Part shown: piece by piece, positions 27,401-34,543 of the stretch | Position numbering within the stretch: position 1 is the first letter of the stretch | Layout of the letters: each line of letters opens with the position of its first letter | Source: a virus | Taxonomy: Duplodnaviria > Caudoviricetes | DNA: 43,266 bases | Strand: one strand, 5' to 3' | IMG/VR virus record: IMGVR_UViG_3300042814_000014 | Span: 1 to 43,266 of that record | Made by a program: the position numbers and the translations under genes | The notes under the pieces: model-generated | Database searches by the model: none | Seen by the model: the letters and a program-made list of their open reading frames with translations, nothing else | What the model was told of the DNA's origin: nothing

Positions 27401-28605
27401 TGGTCCGCGATCCAGCGATCGCGAAGGCGATCCTCGAGACGCGCGGCGACCTGGTCTACCAGCAGCTCACCCGCGGCCTGCAGGACGTCGCCATCGGCTC
27501 GACGCCGCCCGCGCGTAACGTGCTCGACAAGGCCGCGAACTACATGCGGACCGGCACGCAGATCGCGATGCTGGGGTTCAACCTCTGGACGGGCGCGCAG
27601 CAGCCGCTTGGGATTTTCAACGGCATGGCGCGCGTCGGTCCGAAGTGGGTCATCAAGGGCATGCTCCGCTGGGGCCGGGACGCGACCGGGTTCGAGAATA
27701 CGAGCCGCTGGATCACGGACGTCTCGCCGCTGATGAAGGGGCGCAGCGACACGGCCACGCAGGACCTGCATGATCTCCGCGTCGCGTTCCGAACAACGGG
27801 CTCCTGGTTCGACACGATGGTTCGGAAGCTCTCGAGCGACATCGTCACGCAGCAGACGATCACCGATTCATTCCTCTGGCACATCGGGCTCATGCAGCGC
27901 GTCGCCGATATTCCGACCTGGCTGGGCCAATACGAGAAGTCGATGGCGGCCGGCGAGCCGGAGACGCGCGCCTACCGCCTGGCCGACCAGGCCGTCCTCG
28001 ATGCGCAAGGCGGCGGCCAGGTGAAAGATCTGGCGCAAGTGCAGCGCGGCGGGCCGGTCGCCCGGCTGTTCATGACGTTCTACAGCTACGGCAATACGAT
28101 CTTCAACGCGACATCACGCGAGGTCGGTCTGCTCGCGTCGCAGAAAACGCCGGCGGCGCTCGGCACGTTCCTGGGCCATCTGTCGCTGCTCTACATCGCG
28201 CCGGCGCTGGCGACGGTCACGCTGGGCCATCTGTTCGGCAAGACGAGCGCGCAGGACACTGCAGAGGACTGGCTGAAGGAGATTGGCAAGGAGTCCCTGA
28301 GCACGGCGCTGAACACGATGGTCCTGGTTCGCGAGCTGGGGGGCCTGGTCCAGTCAACGACGCGCGGCTACGCAGGCCCGGCCGGCGCGCGGACAATTCA
28401 ACTGTTCTACGACCTCGGCCGCGAAGTCAGCCAGGGCAAGGCGGACGAAGGGCTCGAGAAGGCGCTGAACGCGGTCGCCGGCGTGCTGTTCCGGTATCCG
28501 GCCGCGCAGGTCCAGCGGACCATCGACGGCTACACGGCGCTCGAGGAGGGCCGGACGACGAACCCCGGCGTCCTGCTCACGGGCCCGCCCCCGAAGAAGA
28601 AGTAA
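18475..28605 (+). CDS. Giant 3376-aa DNA ejection / polyvalent protein (gp16-like) with ART-like, GNAT and zincin metallopeptidase domains
   Basis: YHGTPH.F..F....IGSGEG.QAYGWGLYF ART-like motif (21952), GNAT QRTGIGT...FYKRFGF (about 23140-23330), STFLHESGH...HEQFA..FEAY..EG.AP zincin (24700-24930), conserved-type C-terminus G.YYP.KYD and LFMTFYSY. Confidence 0.9.
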   Translation: MADILEEQQGIDPAAPAAAGTSAPSPYDETLAIQDSQRQQKLRTSLVQADSQTPDRAADVQRLATQTGIPSQIIDRDYDTYAKRAKFVSTPFNQIVKESPALATWASEPQHAAVAHDDMEQLGALEWILKTPSRAVSQQLNAQGYGALRTKSLFGELTQEEHDQLESYRVHMNDGGELGAGNSWFRGAVTGSLKLLTQLASTVPVYGLAGAAGGAIIGGAGGTLVEPGGGTIVGAVAGARTGFAAGNLYGNAKMAFQLEAGGAYDEYLGLRDEFGHPMDPQAAKVAALATGAINAGLMTIGGSVVRAGLGKGAEKLLAGAFTRDAITAALRQPTVRAALTNALTEYGKTLAEGDAIVVAMRGVNILAGEIARSQSKTQMAPGQVEQGNIDLFKQPEVHNADGSTSTVDTVGVNINGKEYVLPTVTPDGRHLKTADEAIAEFQRTGKHLGAFETPDAGTAFAQQVHEDFAAGKYKKPDVGQELLHAAASGLQTFAIVGALGPAMGLAHDAQRAIRAEQNANVFKALGEGAKNSKTIARMPEAAQRFLETATKDGPVETIYAPVETWNQYWQSKGIDPAQVASDVIGSRDAYIHASQQGGDLAIPTARYATKLAATEHHAFFVNELRLGPDEMNAREGKAFADQLAASQAAGQVQAPAESPVRGAVLEQLTAAGIPTDTAQHYADLYESTVSSLAERAGIDPTALYERYGLKVTRPDLEAAGAEGPAKAPAAAVAATPGETAELAGLLGPGGFAGPERRQTAGAAPGGVERRQDQPLDLTDVGAAAARMRAENPNIDKEAANLRARAAASRAPAPPRTPKVGESAPGEVGFHNAGRPTEPGPAEARPGSASQEGPGAGGRPREQPQAGQSGMEQGAGAGHVAEPGRLPSLIDAGSPSDIFQRSSSLDASKARLTPEVTRELQRIVDELETFPHTARTWTWLTEEHGLRGNAAGGHANIVEGSPVADVYHDILSVSPLNRKAKSFMRSKARGTTMQVLNAARQLLATGEVHNNLAEGALRVAEHRNAGDYEFLTGPMLPPTWGEELPAHVEAQMRQALEDSTAPGVDLLNPDSIGSEAEILNPQGPVDTSFNINEFNQSLFDEVKPVDPIVDELATGELQPRLPGAGDVRGQENPTPAVAEAPFALTPEILKPRAGKQTELFQSVYHGTPHRFEEFSLQAIGSGEGYQAYGWGLYFAGNREVAEFYREKLAGPETMKQAVYDGTPLFDREIGLYYHALDENGFPSTKAQDPQLARGIMEVHTRSHWEPPGKDWVPRMKDALERSVINVEARLAEGGTFSGDVNRDRYDLQNYKDAIRALEVYGDKLEILPPEKPGHLLTVDVPDDQHYLDYDRLISQQSPEVQAKLQAMGIDLGEPTHIPTAAEGLEIFNTSDHVRDMWMEDIGIRESLKEGLHYAREGDDRLFGLWYEKNINFMREEGRTEDTGSQLYDSLQRDWQAKNRHSSIAESAKAASLTLASAGIAGIKYLDGNSRRKLEGSTNYVLFDPRLAKITEYNQSLPELTEDNVRAWTKEVKQKAGADLQGFSIELQPNGDLFLESLIVDRGAQRTGIGTAAMQELTRFADLNGRRITLTPAHRNEIGQGEPTSTGRLVKFYKRFGFVENAGRNRNMDLTAGMYREPTLPGPPDPTAPDGGSLIVQHNLTAANLLHAEKMGGLAVPSLAVAKAHDSLVNFGEITLLGPKDLADPKQGAKVFGADVYSPRYPTVHYKIPAAGEKRLAALFREQKAVSGQSYIDLDSLQKEGAKYLEQSPAVLAAFLASQDITVKPTLNKNGSVDQFDTRYEMQKVVDEGGHGPAFKAYAADLFKSLDATERIYKGFTNAGNYRYEPHTLERVVKTLKKDLRGGESQANIYGVGQLRSQFAPKFRSLEGVRKAADRIVSDADFEVVKAEVEADLFTISDALKSSYTHGDANRFGFVDTVMAVMADAPKRGLEKALKDYGFEDVPAETKKAIGDYINKLRDLPTEYFEVKHPRAMAVDEFRAAAVPEDINPEARAALERRGLEVATYRPGDLADRKRVVQELATNNDLLFQDQGGTKRGSIRFGPDRQFEIRLLEQADLSTFLHESGHFFLEILGDLNDTLGQVDPEKLTPQQKRLLSDYGGTLQALGVEGRDQIGTAHHEQFAKMFEAYLMEGRAPTLELQGAFSRFRAWLVSIYRSLSNLNVKLTPEVRGVLDRLVASDRAIQDAEARRGVPQMFLTPEQAGMSPAEFALYRNTIEDASRTAREELDKKLLGEVQREQTRVWKEQRADVQQRVEADVYTRPEYRALAAIQRGTHPNGEPLVEGLETPPMRLSRATLVERFGPERLKRLPPFVYSREGGLDPETVAGLFGYSSGDELLTALEKAGPMRAVIEAETSRTMIAEHGSLLLDGTLHEAAQGAIANEDREFVIRKELKALAQLRRTVTPFQQFERAQGQDALAAEQAERAYERRWMDAEHKLNVAMAEGRKQVEIDALQDEVSNLKRKARGGAAQINAAIPPAAVLKENAEARIAGLPIRGIKAEAFWSASRRAAQQAIDRAARQDFDGAIIAKQQELINLALYRAAERVQEDLEDRVRYAQGLSQTPARKRLGLAGANYLEQIDGILDRFEFARISQKQLDKRANIRAFADGLESQGYTVEIPESVLDEARRKNYQELTVEEFMGVTDALKQIEHLATLKNRLLKAADAREFAVVRDAVVSVIREKNPANPLPLEFRPGDERMRHVSDWFASHRKMSDIAQQLDGYADGGPVWEAFIRPINEAADVQAARFADSGGKLQDILERAYPKGELGTLHEKLHIPAIGGSLSKEARLAVALNWGNETSRQRLTSDPVRRWNQQQVEAILETLDRRDWAFVQDVWKFVDSFWPEIAAKQERVVGVPPEKVEGIPVRTKFGEIQGAYYPLKYDSRLSQRAAQNEAASQAKLGTQAAYVRSTTKRGHTETRLQNVKLPVRLELGVMFEHVEQVVHDLTHHEMLIDTTRLVRDPAIAKAILETRGDLVYQQLTRGLQDVAIGSTPPARNVLDKAANYMRTGTQIAMLGFNLWTGAQQPLGIFNGMARVGPKWVIKGMLRWGRDATGFENTSRWITDVSPLMKGRSDTATQDLHDLRVAFRTTGSWFDTMVRKLSSDIVTQQTITDSFLWHIGLMQRVADIPTWLGQYEKSMAAGEPETRAYRLADQAVLDAQGGGQVKDLAQVQRGGPVARLFMTFYSYGNTIFNATSREVGLLASQKTPAALGTFLGHLSLLYIAPALATVTLGHLFGKTSAQDTAEDWLKEIGKESLSTALNTMVLVRELGGLVQSTTRGYAGPAGARTIQLFYDLGREVSQGKADEGLEKALNAVAGVLFRYPAAQVQRTIDGYTALEEGRTTNPGVLLTGPPPKKK
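20966..21187 (+). CDS. Nested +1-frame gene inside the ejection gene; paralog of 3025-3162
   Basis: PLKKGRELAVVLENSRKLVKAGWSKEQALATSL resembles LKKGSSRATISSNIREL...KAG...KQNVAIAL; GC3-rich codons in this frame; TAGGAT 6 nt before the ATG and GGAGAGG further upstream. Confidence 0.7.
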   Translation: MPDDPQNQGPPKLGQAPPLKKGRELAVVLENSRKLVKAGWSKEQALATSLNLAGYRPSSTPVVPATSSSEVVH

Positions 28606-29889
28606 ATGCCGCGGCCGAAACCTCAACCCCCGCTGACGCCAGGCGAACGCGCTCGCGCGAATGTCCCGCTGATCCAGCAGGACAATCGATCGGCGGCGGT
28701 CACGCTGGCCGGCATACCCGGCCCGCCTGGTATCCCTGGGCCAACTGGCCCAACCGGCCCGCCTGGCGCCTCTGTGCCGGGACCGGACGGTCCGGAGGGA
28801 GACGAGGGCCCGCCTGGGCCGCCAGGCCCGCCTGGGGCCACCGGGCTCGCTGGAACCGGCGCCGCGGGCGCGCCTGGCGTCATGGGCCCCCCTGGGCTGG
28901 ATGGGAACGACGGCGATCCAGGGGAACCCGGCCCGGCCGGTCAATCAGGGAACGCCGGCGCCGCTGGCGCGACGGGTCAGGCCGGGCTGATGGGAGCGCC
29001 TGGGTTCGATGGCTACGACGGCGAGCAGGGCGATCCAGGACAGCAGGGCCCGCCAGGCCCGCCCGGTCGCATCGGCGGCAACTACGCGCAGCTCACCCCG
29101 GCCGACGCCTCAGTGTCACACAACACGGGCATCTTGATGGCGGGATTCAGCGCGGGTATCCCGACCATCGCGCCGCAGGCCAGCGGCGTGTTCCTGGTCA
29201 CGATTACAGGCATCTGGCGCACCGATGCGACCGGTGGGAGCCGCGTGCTGCAGCTCCGCTACGGCACGGGCAACGGCCCGGCGAACGGCGCGGCGAACCA
29301 GGGCACGCTGATCGGCGCAGAGCTGCGATCGTCGTTCATCCACTCAATCGGTGAAGGCGACTGGTTCAGCATGGCCGGGCTGATTCTCAGCGCGACGATC
29401 GGCGATAGCTTGTGGGTGGATCTCGCATTCGGCGCGACCGGCGCAGGCGGCGGCACGATGAGCGTCGAGGACGTCACGATCAGCGTGGTCGAGCATGCCG
29501 GGCTCGGCATCGCGACGTATCCCTACGGCGTGCCAGGCAACGACGGAGAGGACGGGGCAGACGGCGCGCCTGGTCCACAAGGGCCAGTGGGGCCAGCCGG
29601 CGCGGTTGGCGCCGCAGTCATGACGGCGTTCACGAAAGACCTGGGCGCCGCGCGCCGATCGGGCACATTCGATATCACGGGGCTCGCCGGGCTCACGGCT
29701 GACAAGGTCGTCACGATTGTTCAAACGGCCGCGCAGGTGGCCAGCAAGGGCAACGCACGAGACGAGCCGCAGATGGATCAAATTCAACTTACGGGCTACG
29801 TCGTTGACGCGGCGACCATTCGCGCGCACTGGTGGGCGCCGGCTGTCGTCGTCGGAACCTACGCATTCGCGTATGCTGTAAACGGTTAA
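28606..29889 (+). CDS. Collagen-like tail fibre/spike protein
   Basis: Long Gly-X-Y tracts (about 28711-29067 and 29527-29610) flanking a beta-sandwich-like domain. Confidence 0.85.
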   Translation: MPRPKPQPPLTPGERARANVPLIQQDNRSAAVTLAGIPGPPGIPGPTGPTGPPGASVPGPDGPEGDEGPPGPPGPPGATGLAGTGAAGAPGVMGPPGLDGNDGDPGEPGPAGQSGNAGAAGATGQAGLMGAPGFDGYDGEQGDPGQQGPPGPPGRIGGNYAQLTPADASVSHNTGILMAGFSAGIPTIAPQASGVFLVTITGIWRTDATGGSRVLQLRYGTGNGPANGAANQGTLIGAELRSSFIHSIGEGDWFSMAGLILSATIGDSLWVDLAFGATGAGGGTMSVEDVTISVVEHAGLGIATYPYGVPGNDGEDGADGAPGPQGPVGPAGAVGAAVMTAFTKDLGAARRSGTFDITGLAGLTADKVVTIVQTAAQVASKGNARDEPQMDQIQLTGYVVDAATIRAHWWAPAVVVGTYAFAYAVNG

Positions 29890-29897
29890 GGAGCGAG

Positions 29898-30566
29898 ATG
29901 GCTGTTATCAACGATGCAAACGTCGCCGCGAACATCGCGCAGGTCGCGCCGGTCAGCACGCTGACGGTCCAGTTCCCGTTGCGCGCGATGCTCTCGGCCA
30001 TCCCACACGGAAACCTCGGGCATTACCGCGTTTCGCATCGGTGCCTACTGGCAGCCGCGCAGGCGGCTGGTTCTCGGATCTTCGAGTTCCGAAACACGCA
30101 CGCGAGCAATATCATCGTGCCGACGCGCCTGGTGGTTCGGTGGATTCAGTCAGCGGCCGGCACCGCGCAGGACAACGGGCTCGACATTTTCCGAGACACA
30201 GCGTTCAGCGCGGTTGATACGACCAACACGGTTACACCCACGGTGATCCCGAAACGCAGCGGCATGGCCGCGGCGCCGGGCGGGGCCGCGGTTCGCGGCG
30301 TCACATCGACCGGCGTCGCCGCTGGCATGACGGGCGGCACGCGCACGCCTGACGCGACGCCGTTCTGCCAGGTGCCGCTGGCCGTGCTCGCCGCGGCGCA
30401 GTCGGTTGTCAACATGGTCGATTGTCTCGACGACGTCAACGGCACGCATCCCTTCGGCTGGACGCAGAACGAAGGGCTGGAAATTCAAAACCGAGTGCTC
30501 AACGTCACCAGCTACGGGATCATGGTCTACGTCGATATGTCTTGGGCAGAGGTCACGCTCTACTAA
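29898..30566 (+). CDS. Putative virion/fibre-associated protein
   Basis: SD AAGGAG before ATG 29898; beta-rich with C-terminal WAEV; follows the fibre gene. Confidence 0.7.
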   Translation: MAVINDANVAANIAQVAPVSTLTVQFPLRAMLSAIPHGNLGHYRVSHRCLLAAAQAAGSRIFEFRNTHASNIIVPTRLVVRWIQSAAGTAQDNGLDIFRDTAFSAVDTTNTVTPTVIPKRSGMAAAPGGAAVRGVTSTGVAAGMTGGTRTPDATPFCQVPLAVLAAAQSVVNMVDCLDDVNGTHPFGWTQNEGLEIQNRVLNVTSYGIMVYVDMSWAEVTLY

Positions 30567-30585
30567 GCGCGAAGGAGTCAGCACA

Positions 30586-30924
30586 ATGCCACGCACACCT
30601 AAACGCCTTTGGGGTCCGGCGCTGGTCGCCACAGGGCCCGCGACGGTCTACACGGCGCCGGCTGGACAAAAGACGCGGCTCCGGTTTCTGTGGATTAACA
30701 ATCCCAGCGCGAGCATCGTCACGCTCTCGCTCTCGATCGGCGCGGACGCCGCGGCGACGCGCATGTTCGAGACTTACAACATCCCCGCGAAAGGCCCCGG
30801 CATCACGGACTCGAATCGTCCGCTGTTCGTCGACATCACGCTCGAGGCCGGGGAGATCATCCAGCTCTCGGCCGGGACCAACAACGTGCTGACCTGCATG
30901 GGCAGCGGAGAAGAAGGGGTATAA
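30586..30924 (+). CDS. Small jelly-roll-like virion protein
   Basis: SD AAGGAG; TVYTAPAG..T.....I.N and L.AGE.IQ.SA...V.T...G.E pattern common in podovirus tail regions. Confidence 0.7.
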   Translation: MPRTPKRLWGPALVATGPATVYTAPAGQKTRLRFLWINNPSASIVTLSLSIGADAAATRMFETYNIPAKGPGITDSNRPLFVDITLEAGEIIQLSAGTNNVLTCMGSGEEGV

Positions 30925-31001
30925 ACCCCGTGCAAGCACACACCGCAGCGCGCTCGGGCTCGGGTAGAATACCCGTGCTTCCATCTGGCTGGTTTCCAAC
31001 C

Positions 31002-31334
31002 ATGCTGACCCTGACCCTGAGCGCCAATCTGTTCGCTACGATGCTCGAGCCGTCGACGAGCGGCGCCGTCGAGCCGGACATCCTGCGCTATGCCATCACG
31101 CAGGGCGGGCTCCTGGCCGTCGTCCTGGTGTTGATCTGGCTCCGGCAGCAGGAGCAGAAGCAGGCCGCACGCGCCGCGGAGCAGAAGCACGAGGACAATC
31201 TCACCCGGATTTCCATCCTGACCGATATCGCCTCGAGGTCGGCCACGGCGAGCGAGTCGAGCGCCGCGGCTAGCCGGGAGAACGCGAGCGCCATTCAACG
31301 CCTCGCGTCCGCCGTCGAGCGATTCACCAAATAG
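31002..31334 (+). CDS. Holin-like membrane protein (start uncertain, 31002 or 31040)
   Basis: Hydrophobic segment GGLLAVVLVLIWL followed by a coiled coil; last gene of the late module. Confidence 0.5.
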   Translation: MLTLTLSANLFATMLEPSTSGAVEPDILRYAITQGGLLAVVLVLIWLRQQEQKQAARAAEQKHEDNLTRISILTDIASRSATASESSAAASRENASAIQRLASAVERFTK

Positions 31335-31349
31335 CCCGCCAGCGACTAA

Positions 31350-31378
31350 TTGACACAAGGACCCCATGCCGCTAGGAT
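31350..31378 (+). promoter_or_regulatory. Sigma70-type promoter, probably leaderless
   Basis: TTGACA (31350-55), 17 nt, TAGGAT (31373-78); ATG at 31386 with no SD. Confidence 0.8.
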
Positions 31379-31385
31379 CGGCGGC

Positions 31386-31655
31386 ATGGGACACACGACA
31401 GGCACCAAGCCGCGGCCGAAGGGCCTGGCTCCGATTGGGCAGCCGTCGATCTTCGGCAAGAAGGCCGGAGGCGACCGGCTGCAGGGCAACGTCACGGCGA
31501 TCGGCAGCACGGCATTCGAGCAGGCCAGGGCCCGGCTCGCGAAGCTGGTTGGCTGGGACGTCGAGCGCGTCAGTGACGGCGACACGATCGAATTTCTGGC
31601 GCGCGGCGAGACGGCGACGCGGAAGTATCTGATCGCGGCTGGCTGGAATTTATAA
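31386..31655 (+). CDS. Small putative DNA-binding regulator (ribbon-helix-helix-like, inferred)
   Basis: 89 aa; strand RLQGNVT, helix FEQARARLAKL, second helix SDGDTIEFLAR; first gene after the promoter. Confidence 0.55.
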   Translation: MGHTTGTKPRPKGLAPIGQPSIFGKKAGGDRLQGNVTAIGSTAFEQARARLAKLVGWDVERVSDGDTIEFLARGETATRKYLIAAGWNL

Positions 31656-31662
31656 AACACGA

Positions 31663-31697
31663 ACGGCCGGCCCGTGTGGCGAACACGAACCGGCCGT
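31663..31697. terminator. GC-rich hairpin, probable terminator of a minus-strand RNA
   Basis: ACGGCCGG...CGTGT-GGCGA-ACACG...CCGGCCGT; on the minus strand followed by TCGTGTTTTAT. Confidence 0.55.
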
Positions 31698-31731
31698 CAA
31701 TGTGAGGAGGAGATCCGCTGTGACAGCGATC

Positions 31732-31760
31732 ATCCTACCTCGGAAGGACTCCAATGGCAA
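31732..31760 (-). promoter_or_regulatory. Antisense sigma70-type promoter
   Basis: Minus strand TTGCCA (31760-55), 17 nt, TAGGAT (31737-32). Confidence 0.6.
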
Positions 31761-32644
31761 AAGCATCGGGGAAGACCAAGCGCGGGAGCACTACGCTTAT
31801 GCGGCGCACGGCCGCGGCGCTCGACCAGGCCGGCAGCGCGATCAACGTCTTCGAGCGCCTGGCGCGCGATCCGAAATGCACGGTTGAGAAGCTCGAGAAA
31901 CTGATCGAGCTGAAGGAGCGCGTCGACCTGGCGACGGCGAAGGCGGCCTATCAACGGGACTTCGCCGCCATGCAGCCGCGCATCCCAGAGATCGATGAAC
32001 GCGGGCGCATCGTCACGGAGAATCAGGGAAGTCGGAGCTACGCCAAAAACGAGGACATTCAGAAGGTTCTCAAGCCGATCCTGGCTGAGTTCGGGTTCGG
32101 TCTGGGATTTCGGTCGGAGTTCCCCGGCGAGAATCGGATCCGGATTATCGGCGCGCTCCGACATCGCGAGGGCTGGGCCGAAGAAAGCACGTTCGAGAGC
32201 CTGCCGGACAACAGCGGCAAGAAGCAGCCGATTCAGATGATCGCGTCGACGATCGCCTACGGTCATCGGCTGACCACGAAAGACCTATGTAACATCACCA
32301 GCCGCGGCGAAGACGTCGACGGCGACCGGACGGCCGCGGCCACCCGGCAGGCCGCGCCGTCCGAAGGCGGGCAGCCGCGGACCTATCCAAAACCGGATCC
32401 AACCGACAACCGACCGATCTCGGAGGCGCAAGCGAAGCGGCTCTGGGTCATCGCGCGGCACTGCCAGCGCAGTGACCAGGAGGTCAAGGACTTCCTGTTC
32501 GACGTCTACAAGCTGACGACCTCGAAGAAGATCCGACGCGGCGACTACGATCCGATCTGCACGGCGCTCGAGAGCAAGGGCCCGCTACCGAAGAAGATTC
32601 ACACGGGCGAGGTTCTCGATCGTGAACCAGGCCAGGAGGGGTAA
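31754..32644 (+). CDS. erf: ERF-family single-strand annealing protein
   Basis: YAK.EDI...KPIL...GF, L.H..G, LPD.SG.K...Q...S...YG.R, GEDVDG motifs; C-terminal ISEAQ.KRL module. Confidence 0.85.
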   Translation: MAKASGKTKRGSTTLMRRTAAALDQAGSAINVFERLARDPKCTVEKLEKLIELKERVDLATAKAAYQRDFAAMQPRIPEIDERGRIVTENQGSRSYAKNEDIQKVLKPILAEFGFGLGFRSEFPGENRIRIIGALRHREGWAEESTFESLPDNSGKKQPIQMIASTIAYGHRLTTKDLCNITSRGEDVDGDRTAAATRQAAPSEGGQPRTYPKPDPTDNRPISEAQAKRLWVIARHCQRSDQEVKDFLFDVYKLTTSKKIRRGDYDPICTALESKGPLPKKIHTGEVLDREPGQEG

Positions 32645-33073
32645 ATGTCTGACAACAACGGCGCGCCGGAGAAAACGACAACCAGGGCGGTCAGCATCAA
32701 CCGGCTCGACATGACCAGCCGCGTCGACGAGCTGGCGCAGGATCTGCGGGAGTTTATTCAAACTTACTACGACCTGCCCGACGCGCCGCTGCTGGCGGAC
32801 CAGCGCGGCCGGGAGCCGATCATCCTGACAGAAGTCGAAGCCGTGCAGCGCATGGCGGACGTCGGTATCGGCTGGCCGTTGGCGCTCTCGATGGTCGCCG
32901 GCGAACTACTGGCCACGGTCGCGCACCAAGCCGGCAGTGCCGGGCCTGGCGCGATGGCCCTGGCGGAGCGGTCCGTCGAGATGCTCGAGAGCACGGTCGA
33001 GCGCGGCTACGCCGGCGTGCTCCGCAACTGTAAAATCGGCGAGGAAATCAAGCGGCGCCGCGGAGGTCACTGA
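32645..33073 (+). CDS. Hypothetical protein
   Basis: SD GGAGGG, typical codon use, abuts both neighbours. Confidence 0.7.
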   Translation: MSDNNGAPEKTTTRAVSINRLDMTSRVDELAQDLREFIQTYYDLPDAPLLADQRGREPIILTEVEAVQRMADVGIGWPLALSMVAGELLATVAHQAGSAGPGAMALAERSVEMLESTVERGYAGVLRNCKIGEEIKRRRGGH

Positions 33074-33261
33074 TGGCGGAGTTCATCGTCGTCTTCAAGG
33101 AAGAACACATCACGTATCGGACCGTGCGATTCAGAGCGGCGACGGAGCGCGACGCGCAGCAGCAGGCGCTCGAGTTCCTGGGATCGAAGGAGTTCTATCG
33201 TGTGACGCCAAGCGCCATCAAGGATCAGCAGGGCATCGACGTCATTCGACGTCAGGAGTGA
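33073..33261 (+). CDS. Small hypothetical protein
   Basis: SD GGAGG, TGATG coupling, F.A..E.DA...A pattern. Confidence 0.65.
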   Translation: MAEFIVVFKEEHITYRTVRFRAATERDAQQQALEFLGSKEFYRVTPSAIKDQQGIDVIRRQE

Positions 33262-33295
33262 CCCATGCAGACCGACCGTTTCGCCGGAGACGCTG

Positions 33296-33898
33296 ATGCG
33301 AGCTGCTGAGTCGCTGCCGTTTGCGTTCGACCCGATCGAGCATGAATATATCGACACGGCCAGCGGCGACGTCCTGCCGCACATCACGGGCATGCTGAAC
33401 GTGACGGGCCACATGGATGACCGTTGGTTCACAGAGGAGAGCAGCGCACGCGGGACGCGCGTCCACGACCTGACCGCGAAGTATGACCTGGGCGCGCTCG
33501 AGCTGGACGAGGTATCAATCGATCATCCGGGCTACGCGGAGCGGGCCTATCTGCTGGCGCACGCGGAAGTCATGCGAATGACCCCACACGACTACGTCGA
33601 GATCGAGGTCGCTCGCGTGCATCCCCGCTACCGCTACGGCGGCCGGCCCGATCGGTTCGGCACGGTCCGCGGCCTGACGGCCATCCTCGAGATCAAGAGC
33701 GGCGACTACGCGAAGGGCCACCAGATTCAGACGGCGCTGCAGGCGATCCTGGTGGCCACCGACGCCAACCTCTACGCGGACATGATCGCCCGGTTCTGCC
33801 TTTACTTGAGGCCGAACGGCAAGGGCACGCTCGAGCAGCACAAGGACCGCAGTGACTTCGACCGGGCCTACGAGGTCATCAAACGATGTTGCGGTTGA
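33296..33898 (+). CDS. PD-(D/E)XK exonuclease-like protein
   Basis: H.Y......LP.IT..L, RGT.VH, YGG.PDR, EIKSG, Q.A.Q; near the ERF gene. Confidence 0.85.
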   Translation: MRAAESLPFAFDPIEHEYIDTASGDVLPHITGMLNVTGHMDDRWFTEESSARGTRVHDLTAKYDLGALELDEVSIDHPGYAERAYLLAHAEVMRMTPHDYVEIEVARVHPRYRYGGRPDRFGTVRGLTAILEIKSGDYAKGHQIQTALQAILVATDANLYADMIARFCLYLRPNGKGTLEQHKDRSDFDRAYEVIKRCCG

Positions 33899-33996
33899 TC
33901 GGCCGCCTGGTCGCCTGGCTGTTCCGGCCGCGCACGCCGAAGGGTATGGGCCGGCGCTATCTCGACGAGCGGATCATCAATCGACGGAGGGACTGA
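33886..33996 (+). CDS. Possible 36-aa amphipathic peptide (absent from the ORF track)
   Basis: Own translation MLRLIGRLVAWLFRPRTPKGMGRRYLDERIINRRRD*; GAGGT upstream; fills the gap between two genes. Confidence 0.4.
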   Translation: MLRLIGRLVAWLFRPRTPKGMGRRYLDERIINRRRD

Positions 33997-33997
33997 G

Positions 33998-34492
33998 ATG
34001 CTGACCACGATGTTCAAGCAGCCGCTGGCGGCGAAGATTCGCCGCGGGCTGAAGCGCGAGGCGCGGGACCAGCGCGAGCGCAATCACAAGACGGAAGTCC
34101 GGCGTCGCGATCGCTACTGCCGATTTCCGCTCTGCGGCTGCCGGCGGTTCAAGCTGCCGACTCACGCCAGCCACGGGAAGCACAAAGGTATGGGCGGCAA
34201 CCCGAAGGAAGACCGATCGCGGCCGGAGGACATGCTGCTGGTCTGCAGCGCCAGGCATCAGGACAACCGCGTCGCGATCCATCGTGGCACGCTGAAGATC
34301 CAGCCGCTCGACGGCCGGGACTACGGCGGGCCGTGCAAGTGGATCGTCGACCTGCGCGCGATGGGCGACAGTCCCCTCTACATGATCCCGAAGTGGTTCG
34401 AGGTCGCCAGGGAGAAGGCCCGCCATGAGTTCGAGGCGTTCACGCCGCAGCAGCGGGCGGTCCTCGAGGAGCTGAGGGAGATGCTCAGTTAG
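33998..34492 (+). CDS. HNH-type endonuclease-like protein
   Basis: V..RD.YC..P.C, H..H...KGMGG, L..VC...H zinc/HNH signature; SD GGAGGG. Confidence 0.7.
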   Translation: MLTTMFKQPLAAKIRRGLKREARDQRERNHKTEVRRRDRYCRFPLCGCRRFKLPTHASHGKHKGMGGNPKEDRSRPEDMLLVCSARHQDNRVAIHRGTLKIQPLDGRDYGGPCKWIVDLRAMGDSPLYMIPKWFEVAREKARHEFEAFTPQQRAVLEELREMLS

Positions 34493-34497
34493 GGGAC

Positions 34498-34526
34498 TTG
34501 ACAAGTAGTCCCGCCAGCTTTACACT
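34498..34526 (+). promoter_or_regulatory. Sigma70-type promoter with overlapping inverted repeat
   Basis: TTGACA, 17 nt, TACACT; GGGACT-N8-AGTCCC inverted repeat over the -35; SD AGGAGG downstream. Confidence 0.8.
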
Positions 34527-34543
34527 CCCGTTCCAGGAGGAGT

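Larger units (their letters stand above)
1..31334 (+). mobile_element. Phage late module (packaging, morphogenesis, lysis), podovirus of BPP-1/epsilon15-like type
   Basis: Colinear terS-terL-portal-scaffold-MCP-cement-adaptor-nozzle-ejection-fibre gene order, all on +, many TGATG/GTGA translational overlaps. Confidence 0.95.

Noticed and set aside
28711-29067. 9-nt periodicity
   Set aside because: Explained by collagen Gly-X-Y coding
30916-30980. Short palindromes and TAGAAT before the holin-like gene
   Set aside because: No -35 at proper spacing and no U-tract; cannot be called promoter or terminator
28606-31334. Diversity-generating retroelement, expected by analogy with BPP-1
   Set aside because: No reverse transcriptase motif and no TR/VR pair differing at adenines noticed in the window
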